Source: Gemmatimonas sp. (GTDB lineage Bacteria > Gemmatimonadota > Gemmatimonadetes > Gemmatimonadales > Gemmatimonadaceae). Taken from it: a DNA stretch of 64,000 nucleotides. The position numbers were made by a program, and so were the translations under genes. The notes under the pieces are model-generated. The model searched no databases, was not told the origin of the DNA, and saw only the letters and a list, made by a program, of their open reading frames with translations. Each line of letters starts with the position of its first letter. Positions within the stretch are counted from its first letter, which is position 1. Location: the NCBI GenBank assembly GCA_965279375.1, contig OZ257156.1, positions 3,616,001 to 3,680,000 on the forward strand, written 5' to 3'. This document shows, piece after piece, positions 51,258 to 61,236 of this stretch.

Positions 51258-53707
51258 CAACGACGGGCTGGACCGGATCACTGTTCGACGCACCACCGAA
51301 GCCGACGCTCGATATCGAGGCCATCACACGCGGCCTCAATCCGTCGCAGCGGCAAGCCGTGGCGCATGACGATGGACCCATGCTCGTGCTGGCCGGTGCA
51401 GGCTCCGGGAAGACGCGCGTGCTCACCACGCGCATCGCGCGGCTCATCGGTACGCGGAACGTAGCGCCGCACGAAATCCTCGCGGTGACGTTCACCAACA
51501 AGGCCGCCGGCGAGATGCGTGAGCGTATCTCCAAGCTCTTGGGACATGAGCCGAAGGGGATGTGGTGCGGCACGTTCCACGCCCTCGGCGCGCGGATGCT
51601 GCGCGGCGTGGCGCCCATCGTCGGTCGCGAAGCCAACTTCACCATCTACGACGAAGACGACACGCTCGCTGCACTCAAGCGCGTCATGGAGCGTCGTAAC
51701 ATCAGCCCGACCCAGTTTGCGCCCAAGGCGATCCTCGGCGCGATCTCCGACGCGAAGAACGCGCTCGTGTCGTCGAGTGACTATGCCGCCAGCGCGTACG
51801 ATGTCTTCTCGAAGGCCGTCGCTGGCGTGTACACCGATCTCGAGACGGCGCTCGAGCGCGCGAACGCGGTCACCTTTGACGACCTGCTGGTGCTCCCCGT
51901 GCGCGCACTGCAGCGCGACGAAGCACTGCGCACGCACTACCAGAAGCGCTTCCGCTACATCCTGGTGGACGAGTATCAGGACACCAACGCGGCGCAGTAC
52001 AAGTTCGTCTCGCTGATGGGCGGCGGCTACCGCAACGTCATGGTGGTCGGTGATGACGACCAGTCCATCTACGGCTGGCGCGGCGCGGACATTCGCAACA
52101 TCCTCGACTTCGAACGCGACTTCCCGGGCGCGGCCATCGTCCGTCTCGAAGAGAACTATCGCTCCACGCCCAACATTCTTTCGCTCGCCAACAAGGTGAT
52201 CGAAGAGAACACGGAACGTCGTGGCAAGACGTTGCGCGCCACGCGTCCTGCGGGTGAGCCGGTCACGTTGATGCAGACGCTCGACGAGCGCGACGAAGCG
52301 GAGTTCATCGCGGAGATCGTCACCGACCGCACGGCGCGCGGCGACTGGGCGCGTCGCGACTGCGCGGTGCTCTATCGCACCAACGCACAGAGTCGCGCCA
52401 TCGAAGACTCGTTCCGGCGGCGCGGCATCCCGTATCGGCTCGTCGGCGCAGTGCGCTTCTACGACCGGCGCGAAATTCGCGACTTGATGGCGTACCTCAA
52501 GCTCGTCGCCAATCCCGCCGACGACGAAGCGTTTCGTCGCGCGGTGAACTCGCCCAAGCGAGGACTCGGTGACGTCACCATCGCGCTGCTGACCGAACGC
52601 GCGGCGCTCGATGGCAGCACGATGCTCGAAGCAGCCACGCGCCTCGATGTGCTCGCGACGCTGCGTCCCGCCGCGCGTTCCGCGCTCGAGGAGTTCGTCG
52701 CACTCGTGCAGCGGCTCCGCGTGCAGGCGGCCGATGCGGCGGTCGACGAACTGCTCCGCAACGTCGTCGAGGCGATTCGCTACACCGACCATCTGCGCGC
52801 CGAAGGTCCCGAAGGCGCTGAGCGCATCGAGAACGTGCGCGAAATGATCGCGGGCGCCGCAGAAGTCGTTGCCGATGACGGTGGCGAAGTGGGGCTCACG
52901 CCCCTCGATCACTTTCTGCAGAAGGCGACCTTGGTCGCCGGCATCGATCGCCTCGATCCTGACGCCGATGCCGTGACCATGATGACCATGCACAACGCCA
53001 AGGGGCTCGAGTTCCCGTTGGTGTTCGTCTCTGGCCTCGAGGATGGACTCTTTCCCCTCGCGCGCGCCGCGGAAGATCCCAAGCAGCTCGAGGAAGAGCG
53101 GCGGCTGTTCTACGTGGGCATCACACGCGCCGAGAAGAAGTTGTATCTCACGTGCGCAGAGCAACGTCGCCGCAATGGCGAGCTGATGATCTCCATGCCG
53201 TCGCGGTTCCTGCGAACGATTCCACCTTCGTTGGCGGAACGTCAGCAGAGCATGCGCGCTCGCACTGAAGGGCGACGCGCCTACGGCGGTGCCGGCCGAC
53301 CGAGTGGCGACGAGTCGTGGGGACGCAGCAGCTACGGCAGCGGCTCGTCGGGCGGCTCTGGGAGCAGCTTTGGCGGTGGGGCAGGTGGCGCCCGTCGTCC
53401 GGTCGGCCCGTACGGCAGTGCGGCGTCGCGCGGCAGCAACGAACCTGTCTTCGGCAAGGCGTCCAAAAGCTGGTCGTCTCCGTCCACCTCGCGGCCTAAG
53501 CCGGTCGAGCCAGAGGACGAGTCGCAGGATACGCCGATGTTCAAGATCGGCGAGCGTGTGCGGCACGCCAAATTCGGCAGCGGGACGATCGCGGAGCTTA
53601 CGGGCTCTGGACGGGACGCCAAGGTTCGCATCGATTTCGACGACGAGGAAATTGGGCGAAAGACGCTCGTTGTCGCGCAGGCCAAACTCGAACGCGGGTG
53701 GGAGTAG
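51254..53707 (+). CDS. pcrA: UvrD/PcrA SF1 helicase
   Basis: 'AGAGSGKT', 'DEYQD', 'VGDDDQSIY', 'KGLEF', 'EEERRLFYV', C-terminal 'VRHAKFGSG'. Confidence 0.93.
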   Translation: MTTTGWTGSLFDAPPKPTLDIEAITRGLNPSQRQAVAHDDGPMLVLAGAGSGKTRVLTTRIARLIGTRNVAPHEILAVTFTNKAAGEMRERISKLLGHEPKGMWCGTFHALGARMLRGVAPIVGREANFTIYDEDDTLAALKRVMERRNISPTQFAPKAILGAISDAKNALVSSSDYAASAYDVFSKAVAGVYTDLETALERANAVTFDDLLVLPVRALQRDEALRTHYQKRFRYILVDEYQDTNAAQYKFVSLMGGGYRNVMVVGDDDQSIYGWRGADIRNILDFERDFPGAAIVRLEENYRSTPNILSLANKVIEENTERRGKTLRATRPAGEPVTLMQTLDERDEAEFIAEIVTDRTARGDWARRDCAVLYRTNAQSRAIEDSFRRRGIPYRLVGAVRFYDRREIRDLMAYLKLVANPADDEAFRRAVNSPKRGLGDVTIALLTERAALDGSTMLEAATRLDVLATLRPAARSALEEFVALVQRLRVQAADAAVDELLRNVVEAIRYTDHLRAEGPEGAERIENVREMIAGAAEVVADDGGEVGLTPLDHFLQKATLVAGIDRLDPDADAVTMMTMHNAKGLEFPLVFVSGLEDGLFPLARAAEDPKQLEEERRLFYVGITRAEKKLYLTCAEQRRRNGELMISMPSRFLRTIPPSLAERQQSMRARTEGRRAYGGAGRPSGDESWGRSSYGSGSSGGSGSSFGGGAGGARRPVGPYGSAASRGSNEPVFGKASKSWSSPSTSRPKPVEPEDESQDTPMFKIGERVRHAKFGSGTIAELTGSGRDAKVRIDFDDEEIGRKTLVVAQAKLERGWE

Positions 53708-54031
53708 ATGGCGGTCTCTGAGTCGGACGTTCGGAACATTGCCCTGCTGGCGCGCGTCGGCGTGGACGAAGCGCGCATTCCTGCCATCGTCACGCAGCTC
53801 AACGGGATTCTATCGCACATGGAAGTGCTTCAGAGCGTTGACATCGGAGACGGTGCTCTCGACGCGTCCGACCGCGAAGGCATGTCGTTGCGTCCGGATG
53901 TGAGTCCGCCGGTGCCGCTCGCGCGGGCGCGGGCCGATTTCGCGCCGGCGTCTCGTGACGGATTCTTCCTCGTGCCGCGTCTCGCCACGCATGGGGATGC
54001 GACCAGCGCCGACAGTGGAGACGAGGAATGA
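53708..54031 (+). CDS. gatC: Asp/Glu-tRNA amidotransferase subunit C
   Basis: 'VRNIALLARV', 'GFFLVPR'; precedes gatA. Confidence 0.9.
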   Translation: MAVSESDVRNIALLARVGVDEARIPAIVTQLNGILSHMEVLQSVDIGDGALDASDREGMSLRPDVSPPVPLARARADFAPASRDGFFLVPRLATHGDATSADSGDEE

Positions 54032-55515
54032 GTCGCACCGTTCCCACCGGATTACTGGCGTTGACCGCGGCGTCGCAGGCCGACGCGGTCTCGCGTGAGG
54101 CGCTCCCCGCTGCGCACCTGGTCGAAGCGTGCTTCGAGCGGATGACGGATGTTGGCGCGGGCACGGACGGACTCAACGCCTTCCTCGCGACCGATCTCGA
54201 GGGATCGTTGGCGACCGCTGCGGAGATCGCCTCGTCGCCATTTCGCGGTACGCATGACGTGCGCCTCGCCGGCGTGCCGATCGCAATCAAGGACAACATC
54301 GCGACGCTGCGCATGCCGACGACCTGCGGGTCGCGCATCCTCGGCGACTACGTCAGCCCGTACGAGGCGACCGCCATTCGACGCTTGCGTGACGCCGGCG
54401 CGGTGATTGTCGGCAAGACCAACATGGACGAATTCGCGATGGGTTCGTCCACTGAGAACAGTGCATTCGGACCGACACGCAATCCGCACGACGATTCTCG
54501 CGTCCCCGGCGGATCGTCCGGTGGATCCGCAGTTGCGGTTGCATCGGGTGTGGTACGCGTCGCGCTTGGCTCCGAAACCGGCGGCTCGGTGCGGCAGCCC
54601 GCGGCGTTCTGCGGCGTTGTGGGCGTGAAGCCGACGTATGGGCGCGTCAGCCGACATGGCCTCGTGGCCTACGCGTCGTCACTCGAACAGATCGGCGTCT
54701 TCGGACGCACGGTGGACGATGCCGCGCTAACGCTCGGTGTCATTGCCGGTTACGATCCGCTCGACGCGACGTCCAGCGCGCACATGGTCGCCGACTATCG
54801 CGAACCGCGAAATCTCATCGCGCCAACGCAGCCACTCTCGGGACTCGTCGTCGGCAAGCCCAAGGAATACTTCCCGGAATCGCTCGACCCGAAGATCCGC
54901 GCGTTGACCGATCGCGCGGCGAACACGCTACGCATGCTTGGTGCGGAAATTCGTGAGGTGTCGCTGCCGCACACCGACCTCGCGATTCCCGTCTACTACA
55001 TCGTCGCACCGGCCGAGGCGTCGAGCAACCTCGCTCGCTTCGATGGTGTGCGATACGGCTTGCGCATGCCTGGAAACGGCCTGCGTGAGATGTACGAGCA
55101 CACGCGTTCGGGCGGGTTCGGCGATGAAGTCATCCGCCGCATTCTGCTTGGCACCTACGTGTTGAGCGCTGGCTACTACGACGCGTACTACAAGCGCGCA
55201 CAGGCGGTACGGCAACTCATCACGCAGGACTTCACTCGCGTGTTCGCGTCCGGAGTCGATCTGCTGCTCACACCCACCACGCCGACGACCGCGTTCAAGC
55301 TCGGTGCTGTCTCCGATCCCTACGAGATGTACCTGAGCGACATTTTCACGGTCACCGCAAATCTCGCCGGCGTGCCGGCGATGTCGCAGCCGATCGGGCG
55401 CATCGATGGACTCCCGGTGGGTGGACAGCTCATCGCATCGCACTTTCAGGAAGGCAAGATGCTTCGCGCCGCCTATGCGCTCGAAGCAGCGTTGGGCATG
55501 GAGGCGCACAAGTGA
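54028..55515 (+). CDS. gatA: Amidotransferase subunit A
   Basis: 'KDNI', 'PGGSSGGS', 'ETGGSVRQPA', 'RRILLGTYVLS'. Confidence 0.96.
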   Translation: MSRTVPTGLLALTAASQADAVSREALPAAHLVEACFERMTDVGAGTDGLNAFLATDLEGSLATAAEIASSPFRGTHDVRLAGVPIAIKDNIATLRMPTTCGSRILGDYVSPYEATAIRRLRDAGAVIVGKTNMDEFAMGSSTENSAFGPTRNPHDDSRVPGGSSGGSAVAVASGVVRVALGSETGGSVRQPAAFCGVVGVKPTYGRVSRHGLVAYASSLEQIGVFGRTVDDAALTLGVIAGYDPLDATSSAHMVADYREPRNLIAPTQPLSGLVVGKPKEYFPESLDPKIRALTDRAANTLRMLGAEIREVSLPHTDLAIPVYYIVAPAEASSNLARFDGVRYGLRMPGNGLREMYEHTRSGGFGDEVIRRILLGTYVLSAGYYDAYYKRAQAVRQLITQDFTRVFASGVDLLLTPTTPTTAFKLGAVSDPYEMYLSDIFTVTANLAGVPAMSQPIGRIDGLPVGGQLIASHFQEGKMLRAAYALEAALGMEAHK

Positions 55516-56966
55516 GCAACAACAACTACGCCGAGCGCTACGAACTCGTGATCGGGTTGGAGGTGCACTGCCAGCTCAAGACGACGAGCAAGGCGTTCTG
55601 CGGCTGCCGCACCACGTTCGGCGACGCACCCAATGCCAACACATGTCCGGTGTGTCTTGGCTTGCCCGGTGCGCTGCCGGTGCTGAATGCGCACGCCGTG
55701 CAACTCGCAACGCGCGCGGCGCTTGCACTCGGCTGTGAAGTCCACCCGACGTCGATCTTCGCGCGCAAGAACTATTTCTATCCCGATCTCCCCAAGGGCT
55801 ATCAGATCTCGCAGTTCGATCGCCCGCTGGCGACCGGTGGCAGCGTCGAGATCGGAAAGGATGCCGATGGTAACGCACGCACGGTCGGCATCACGCGCGT
55901 GCACATGGAGGAGGACGCCGGCAAGTCGGTGCATGATCGATTCGCCGAATGGAGCGCGATCGATCTGAATCGTTCCGGGACGCCGCTGGTGGAGATCGTA
56001 TCGGAGCCTGACCTGCGCTCTGGCGCGGACGCCGGCGCGTACCTGCGTCGGCTCAAGCAGGTGCTGGAATACACGGACGTCTCTGACGCGAACATGGAGG
56101 AAGGCTCGCTTCGCGTGGACGTCAACATTTCCGTACGTCCGCGCGGCTCCACCACGTTGGGCACACGCACGGAGATCAAGAATCTCAACAGCTTCTCAGG
56201 CGTTGAGCGTTCGGTCGAGGTGGAGTTTGCGCGTCAGTGCGCGTTGGTGGATGCCGGCGGCACCGTGCTGCAGCAGACGATGCTGTGGGACGGCGTGCGT
56301 GGCCAGATCCGTCCGGCGCGCAGCAAGGAAGGCAGTCACGACTACCGGTATTTCCCGGAGCCCGACCTGCCGCCGCTGCGTCTCGAACCGTCGTGGATCG
56401 CCGCACAGCGCGCTGCGCTCCCCGAGCTCCCCGAGGCCAAACGTGCGCGCTTCCACACGCAGTACGGCATTGCAACAGCAGATGTCGAGCAACTGTCCTC
56501 GACGCAGGAACTTGCCGATACGTTCGAGGCCGTTGCGCGCGAGAGCGGCGACGCGCGTCGAGCGGCGAACTGGATTACGGGGCCGCTCCTCGCATCGGTG
56601 AATGCGTCGGGGCGTGCCCTGCGCGATCATCCGGTCACGTCGCAGCGACTGGGTGAGCTCATCAAGCTCGAGGCGTCGGGCAAGATCTCCAACACCGCGG
56701 CGCGCCAGCTCTTCACGCAGATGGAGACCGATCCCGGTGATGCGCTCGCACTCGCCACTCGCGACGGTCTGCTGCAAGTCAGCGACGACAGCGCCTTGGT
56801 CGCCTGGATCGATGAGGTGTTCGCCGAGTCTCCGGCGGAGGCCGCGCGCTTCATCGCCGGCGAGAAGAAGCTGCAGGGCGTATTGGTGGGGCAGGTGATG
56901 AAGAAGTCCAAGGGCGCCGCAGACCCCAAGAAGGTCAATCAGTTGCTTTCGGCACGCGCGGGCTGA
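55512..56966 (+). CDS. gatB: Amidotransferase subunit B
   Basis: 'IGLEVH', 'RKNYFYPDLPKGYQISQ', 'DYRYFPEPDL'. Confidence 0.97.
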   Translation: MSNNNYAERYELVIGLEVHCQLKTTSKAFCGCRTTFGDAPNANTCPVCLGLPGALPVLNAHAVQLATRAALALGCEVHPTSIFARKNYFYPDLPKGYQISQFDRPLATGGSVEIGKDADGNARTVGITRVHMEEDAGKSVHDRFAEWSAIDLNRSGTPLVEIVSEPDLRSGADAGAYLRRLKQVLEYTDVSDANMEEGSLRVDVNISVRPRGSTTLGTRTEIKNLNSFSGVERSVEVEFARQCALVDAGGTVLQQTMLWDGVRGQIRPARSKEGSHDYRYFPEPDLPPLRLEPSWIAAQRAALPELPEAKRARFHTQYGIATADVEQLSSTQELADTFEAVARESGDARRAANWITGPLLASVNASGRALRDHPVTSQRLGELIKLEASGKISNTAARQLFTQMETDPGDALALATRDGLLQVSDDSALVAWIDEVFAESPAEAARFIAGEKKLQGVLVGQVMKKSKGAADPKKVNQLLSARAG

Positions 56967-57831
56967 AGAGCGGTTCTGCGAGGGTCGAGGCATGCCGGAG
57001 CGTAGTGGCCGGCATGCCGAACATGCGGTCCGCTTCGAGCGCCGCCCGTACGTCTCCGCCCTGGCGACGTGCGAGGCGGCGTACTTTTTTCGCCGATCGC
57101 AGCGGCTCATCGCCAGACGGATCGAACGAGAACGCGTCGCTCTCATCCCACCGCTGCATCAGGTCGACGATGTAGTCGAACGATCGCGTGAGATAGCGTG
57201 CGACGTCAGCGTCACTCAAGTCCCAGCGACTGTTCTCCGAGATGAGCTGGAAGATGCGCTGCCATGAATCGGTGTCGGTGACATACACCATGCCGCGAAA
57301 GATGCGGCGATTCGTCGGCGTCCCGAACAGCGTCGGACTCAGAATGCGGTCGAGATGCTGATCCGCGCGTGAGTGATCGAGAAAGAGCAGATCGCGCGCA
57401 CGCCTCGGCCACGGATCTCCAAGGTGCGTATCGATGCGGCTTTCCCAGTAGCTGTGGCCTACCGCCGTCGTGCTCGATGTGACCGCGAGCTGCCGCGGCA
57501 CGAAGAAATTGTGCGCCACCACGTCGGCGGCCAGATGCGCGAGGTATCCCAAGGCGAACGCGCGGAGCGGCGGGTCCTTCGCCTCGTCATGTATCTCGAG
57601 CCCGATGCGCCACGAGTGACAATGCCTGCCCACTTCGGCGTATTTCTTCGCGATCGAGGTATCCGCGGCGATGGAGCCGTACAAAAAGTCAGCAGGGAAG
57701 GCCGCGAGCAGTTCGCCTATGCTTCCCGGCACGAGTGCGAGATTGCGCAGGAGAGCGTCGCCGAGAAACACATGCGTGCCCGGCGTCCAGGCCCACAGCG
57801 GCGTCGGACTGAGGAGCAACGCCGCGGCCAC
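56935..57831 (-). CDS. Zinc-dependent phospholipase C family protein
   Basis: 'AWTPGTH', 'GSIAAD', 'HCHSW', 'GYLAHLAADVVAHN', 'HSYWE'; start uncertain (57831-57867). Confidence 0.8.
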   Translation of the reverse strand: MAAALLLSPTPLWAWTPGTHVFLGDALLRNLALVPGSIGELLAAFPADFLYGSIAADTSIAKKYAEVGRHCHSWRIGLEIHDEAKDPPLRAFALGYLAHLAADVVAHNFFVPRQLAVTSSTTAVGHSYWESRIDTHLGDPWPRRARDLLFLDHSRADQHLDRILSPTLFGTPTNRRIFRGMVYVTDTDSWQRIFQLISENSRWDLSDADVARYLTRSFDYIVDLMQRWDESDAFSFDPSGDEPLRSAKKVRRLARRQGGDVRAALEADRMFGMPATTLRHASTLAEPLFSPRVPKATD

Positions 57832-57859
57832 GATGACCGCGACCCACGCGAATCGCGAA

Positions 57860-58450
57860 CTAGTCAGAAGCGAGGCCTTCGTCCCGACGCTGATCGCGAC
57901 GCGGTGCGCGTCCTGGCTTGCGCTTCCCACGGCCCCGTCGTCGTCCGAATGCTGCTCCGAGAAGACGCGCCCCCACGGACGCGCCGCGAACCGTCGCCGC
58001 GGTTGAGATCGCAATGTCCTCGAACTCCGCCTGCAACACATCGAGCACCGCGTTCACGTTGTCCACGCGTTCGGCGGTCACGTCGGCGGCGTATCGCAGT
58101 TGCTCTCCGACGGAGGCCGCCGCGTCACTGACCGCCTCGACGTCCGACCGCACGCGTGCCACGACAGCGCGGGCGTCGTTGACAACGGTGTTGGCGTTCT
58201 GAATGAGTGGGCGCACATCAGTCGAGAGCTTGTCCACCGTGGAGTTGAGCTTCTCGATCCCTTGCTTCACGGCGAGGAGCAGCAACACCAGCGCGATGAG
58301 CACGCCGACGCCCAACAGCAGCACGATGATCTGGAGAATTCCGCTCGAGTACTCGAAGAGTCCTCGGACAGGTACCGTGCGTGCGACGATCGTATCCGGA
58401 AAGGCGGCCGTCTGCAGCAGGCCCACCGGCAACGCAAGTGCGAAGGCCAT
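57860..58450 (-). CDS. DUF948-like membrane-anchored coiled-coil protein
   Basis: One TM then heptad-rich helix; ATG 58450 or 58456. Confidence 0.65.
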   Translation of the reverse strand: MAFALALPVGLLQTAAFPDTIVARTVPVRGLFEYSSGILQIIVLLLGVGVLIALVLLLLAVKQGIEKLNSTVDKLSTDVRPLIQNANTVVNDARAVVARVRSDVEAVSDAAASVGEQLRYAADVTAERVDNVNAVLDVLQAEFEDIAISTAATVRGASVGARLLGAAFGRRRGRGKRKPGRAPRRDQRRDEGLASD

Positions 58451-58583
58451 TGGCATGATCTAAGGGGTACCGAGAGAGGGGTCAAGCAACGCGCATCGCA
58501 CTCGGCGCTTGACGCTGTTGGTTCGTGTCGGTGATCCTTCGTGTCCCGATTGTCCTGTGCGCCTTTCGCTTACCCCGGTCCGC

Positions 58584-59885
58584 ATGTCCGCCGTCCAGTT
58601 TGTCGTAGAAGGAGGCCAGCGCCTCGCAGGAAGCATCCGGCCGGCCGGCAACAAGAATGCCGCACTGCCGATCGTCGCCGCCGCGCTCATCACTGATCAA
58701 CCCGTGCAACTCGAAAATGTCCCGCGTATTCGGGACATCGAGACACTGGTAGAGCTCATGCGCACAACCGGTGCCAGCTGCGAATGGACTGGGCCCAACG
58801 CGTTGCGCGTGCACGCCAAGGACCTGCGTGCCGGCGAACTCGATCCGGTGATGTGCGCCCGCATTCGCGCCTCCATCCTGCTGGCAGCGCCGCTGCTGGC
58901 CCGGTGTGGCGACGTGACGCTGTCGCCGCCGGGTGGCGACGTCATCGGGCGCCGTCGTCTCGACACGCACTTCCATGTGCTGCAGGCGCTCGGCGCACAC
59001 TACGAGCTCGGCGACCGCTTCCGCTTCTGGACGACGGGTGCCGGGCTCACCGGCGCGGATGTGTTCCTCGACGAGCCGAGCGTGACTGCGACGGAGAATG
59101 CACTCGTTGCGGCGGTGGCAGCGAAGGGCGTGACCGTGCTGCGCAATGCAGCCAGCGAACCGCATGTGCAGGACCTCGCCAACTTTCTCGTGGCCCTCGG
59201 CGCGCGCATCGAAGGCATCGGCTCCAACGTCTACACCATCCACGGTGGGCAGCCGTTGGGTAGTGCTACGCACACCATTGGCCCCGATCACATCGAGGTT
59301 GGCTCGTTCATCGGCCTTGCCGCCGTCACGCGTTCCGAGCTCCGTATCGAGAAGGCGGGCGTCGAGCACCTGCGCAGCACGCGTATGGGCTTCGAGCGCC
59401 TGGGGATCACCTGCATCGTGGATGGCGATGACCTGATCGTGCCAGCCGAGCAGTCCCGCACGATTCAAAGCGATCTCGGTGGACATGTGCCCAAGCTGGA
59501 AGACCAGCCGTGGCCAGCGTTTCCGGCCGATCTCATGTCCATCGCGATCGTCACGGCCACGCAGTGCAACGGCATGATTCTCATGCACGAGAAGATGTTC
59601 GAGTCGCGCATGTTCTTCGTGGACAAGCTGGTCGGAATGGGCGCGCGCATCGTGCTTTGCGATCCGCACCGCGCCATCGTCTCCGGCCCCACCAAGCTGC
59701 GCGGCGGCAAGGTCGAGTCCCCCGACATTCGGGCCGGTATGGCCATGCTCTTGGCGGCGCTGTGCGCGGACGGCACGAGTACCATCAACAACGCGCAGCA
59801 GATCGAGCGCGGCTATGAGCGCATCGAGGAACGTCTTGGCACGCTCGGCGCGCGTATTCGCCGCGTGGAGTTGAGTGCCCGCTGA
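58584..59885 (+). CDS. murA: UDP-GlcNAc 1-carboxyvinyltransferase (Asp-type)
   Basis: 'GNKNAALP', 'RASILL', 'PGGDVIGRR', 'SVTATEN', 'DIRAG', 'IERGYE'. Confidence 0.96.
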   Translation: MSAVQFVVEGGQRLAGSIRPAGNKNAALPIVAAALITDQPVQLENVPRIRDIETLVELMRTTGASCEWTGPNALRVHAKDLRAGELDPVMCARIRASILLAAPLLARCGDVTLSPPGGDVIGRRRLDTHFHVLQALGAHYELGDRFRFWTTGAGLTGADVFLDEPSVTATENALVAAVAAKGVTVLRNAASEPHVQDLANFLVALGARIEGIGSNVYTIHGGQPLGSATHTIGPDHIEVGSFIGLAAVTRSELRIEKAGVEHLRSTRMGFERLGITCIVDGDDLIVPAEQSRTIQSDLGGHVPKLEDQPWPAFPADLMSIAIVTATQCNGMILMHEKMFESRMFFVDKLVGMGARIVLCDPHRAIVSGPTKLRGGKVESPDIRAGMAMLLAALCADGTSTINNAQQIERGYERIEERLGTLGARIRRVELSAR

Positions 59886-60591
59886 TCCGCTGGCGGTCTC
59901 GCTCGCGGTTCCCCCGCTGGCCGATGGCGTCGCCGCCTGGACCACGGGGCGTGCGGCCGGGTCGTTCGGCTTGGGGTCGGATGAGGGCGTCGGCGTAGTG
60001 ATGGAGCGCTGGTCGGGACTGCTCGACGCGCTGGCGGACCTGGGAGTGACACGCTTGGCCACGGCCACGCAGGTGCATGGTGCCGTGGTCAGCGTGCACG
60101 ACGGAGAATGGCAGGGATGGCTTCGCCAGCGCGGTGTGGACGGACACGTCAGCACGACGGCGGGGACGGCGCTCGCCGTGACCATCGCCGACTGCACGCC
60201 GGTGTTCATTGCGCACCCCGGCGGGGCCATTGCCGCGCTGCACGCCGGATGGCGAGGCACCGCGTCGCGCATTCTAGATGTAGGGCTCGACGCGCTCGAG
60301 TCGCTCGGCTTTCCCGCATCGGAGTGCCGCGTGCATCTGGGCCCGGCCATCTGCGAGGCCTGCTACGAGGTGGGTCCGGAGGTACTCGAGGCGGTGACCG
60401 GGCGCCCGCACGCGGGAAAGGGACAGTTGGACGTTCGTGCCGTGCTGCGTGAGCAAGCACTCCGGCGCGGGGTGCAGCAGCTGAGTGTCAGCGCGGCGTG
60501 CACGCGCTGCGATGCCGCCGACTTCTTCAGTCATCGAGGCGGCGATAGCGGCCGGCAGTTGGGTATCATCGCGTTGACTGCGCGTCAATAG
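59875..60591 (+). CDS. pgeF: PgeF/YfiH family purine nucleoside enzyme
   Basis: 'QVHG', 'ADCTP', 'HAGWRG', 'GPAI', 'FFSHR'. Confidence 0.9.
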   Translation: MPADPLAVSLAVPPLADGVAAWTTGRAAGSFGLGSDEGVGVVMERWSGLLDALADLGVTRLATATQVHGAVVSVHDGEWQGWLRQRGVDGHVSTTAGTALAVTIADCTPVFIAHPGGAIAALHAGWRGTASRILDVGLDALESLGFPASECRVHLGPAICEACYEVGPEVLEAVTGRPHAGKGQLDVRAVLREQALRRGVQQLSVSAACTRCDAADFFSHRGGDSGRQLGIIALTARQ

Positions 60592-60609
60592 AGTCATCGA
60601 TGAGTCATC

Positions 60610-60638
60610 TTGACCTTCATATGCACGCGCCGTAGGTT
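60610..60638 (+). promoter_or_regulatory. rimP-nusA-infB promoter TTGACC-N17-TAGGTT
   Basis: -35 60610-60615, -10 60633-60638. Confidence 0.7.
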
Positions 60639-60693
60639 CTTCTCTCTAAGAAGTAACTCCTTCGTGACTTCGTCCGCCTCGCGCGGGCGGCGG

Positions 60694-60725
60694 AAGTGTG
60701 GGGATGGTCCCCACACTTTTTTGTT
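60694..60725 (+). terminator. rimP-leader attenuator hairpin
   Basis: AAGTGTGGGGA-TGG-TCCCCACACTT followed by TTTTGTT within the 5' leader. Confidence 0.75.
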
Positions 60726-60758
60726 CTTGGGTGGTTTTTTCGTGGGTGAGGCAAGCAG

Positions 60759-61226
60759 ATGCGCGAAGTCGTCGAACCTGTTGTCGCGCAAGAGCTTGAC
60801 ACGCTTGGCTTCGATCTCGTCGAGTTGCGGCGGGGTGGGTCCAAGTCCCGACCGGTCCTGGAGCTTCGGATCGATCGCCGCGATGGCACCAAGGTTACCA
60901 TTGAGGATTGCGCCCGCGTCTCCCGAGCCGTTGAAGCTCGGTTGGAAGCGGACGCGCTGGTCAGTGAACAGTACGTGTTGGAGGTCTCCTCGCCTGGCGC
61001 GGACCGACCGTTGCGGTCGCCCGCAGACTGGCGCCGCTTCGTCGGCCGACGGGCTACGGTGACCAGCAGCGTGTTGGCGGGTGGCAAACAGGAAATTGAG
61101 ATTCTCGCGCTCGAGGGCGAGGAAGGCGCTGAAGTCGCAGTCGTGCGTGATCCGAAGGGACGGGACCATCAGGTTCCCCTCTCGGCCATCACGGCGGCGC
61201 GACTGGCGTTTCACTGGAAACGATAG
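60759..61226 (+). CDS. rimP: Ribosome maturation factor RimP
   Basis: 'IEDCARVSR', 'YVLEVSSPGADRPL'. Confidence 0.95.
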   Translation: MREVVEPVVAQELDTLGFDLVELRRGGSKSRPVLELRIDRRDGTKVTIEDCARVSRAVEARLEADALVSEQYVLEVSSPGADRPLRSPADWRRFVGRRATVTSSVLAGGKQEIEILALEGEEGAEVAVVRDPKGRDHQVPLSAITAARLAFHWKR

Positions 61227-61236
61227 GGGATAGCGG

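Noticed and set aside
56935..56966. 32-bp convergent overlap of gatB and the phospholipase C-like gene
   Set aside because: Short tail overlaps are common; no evidence of regulation
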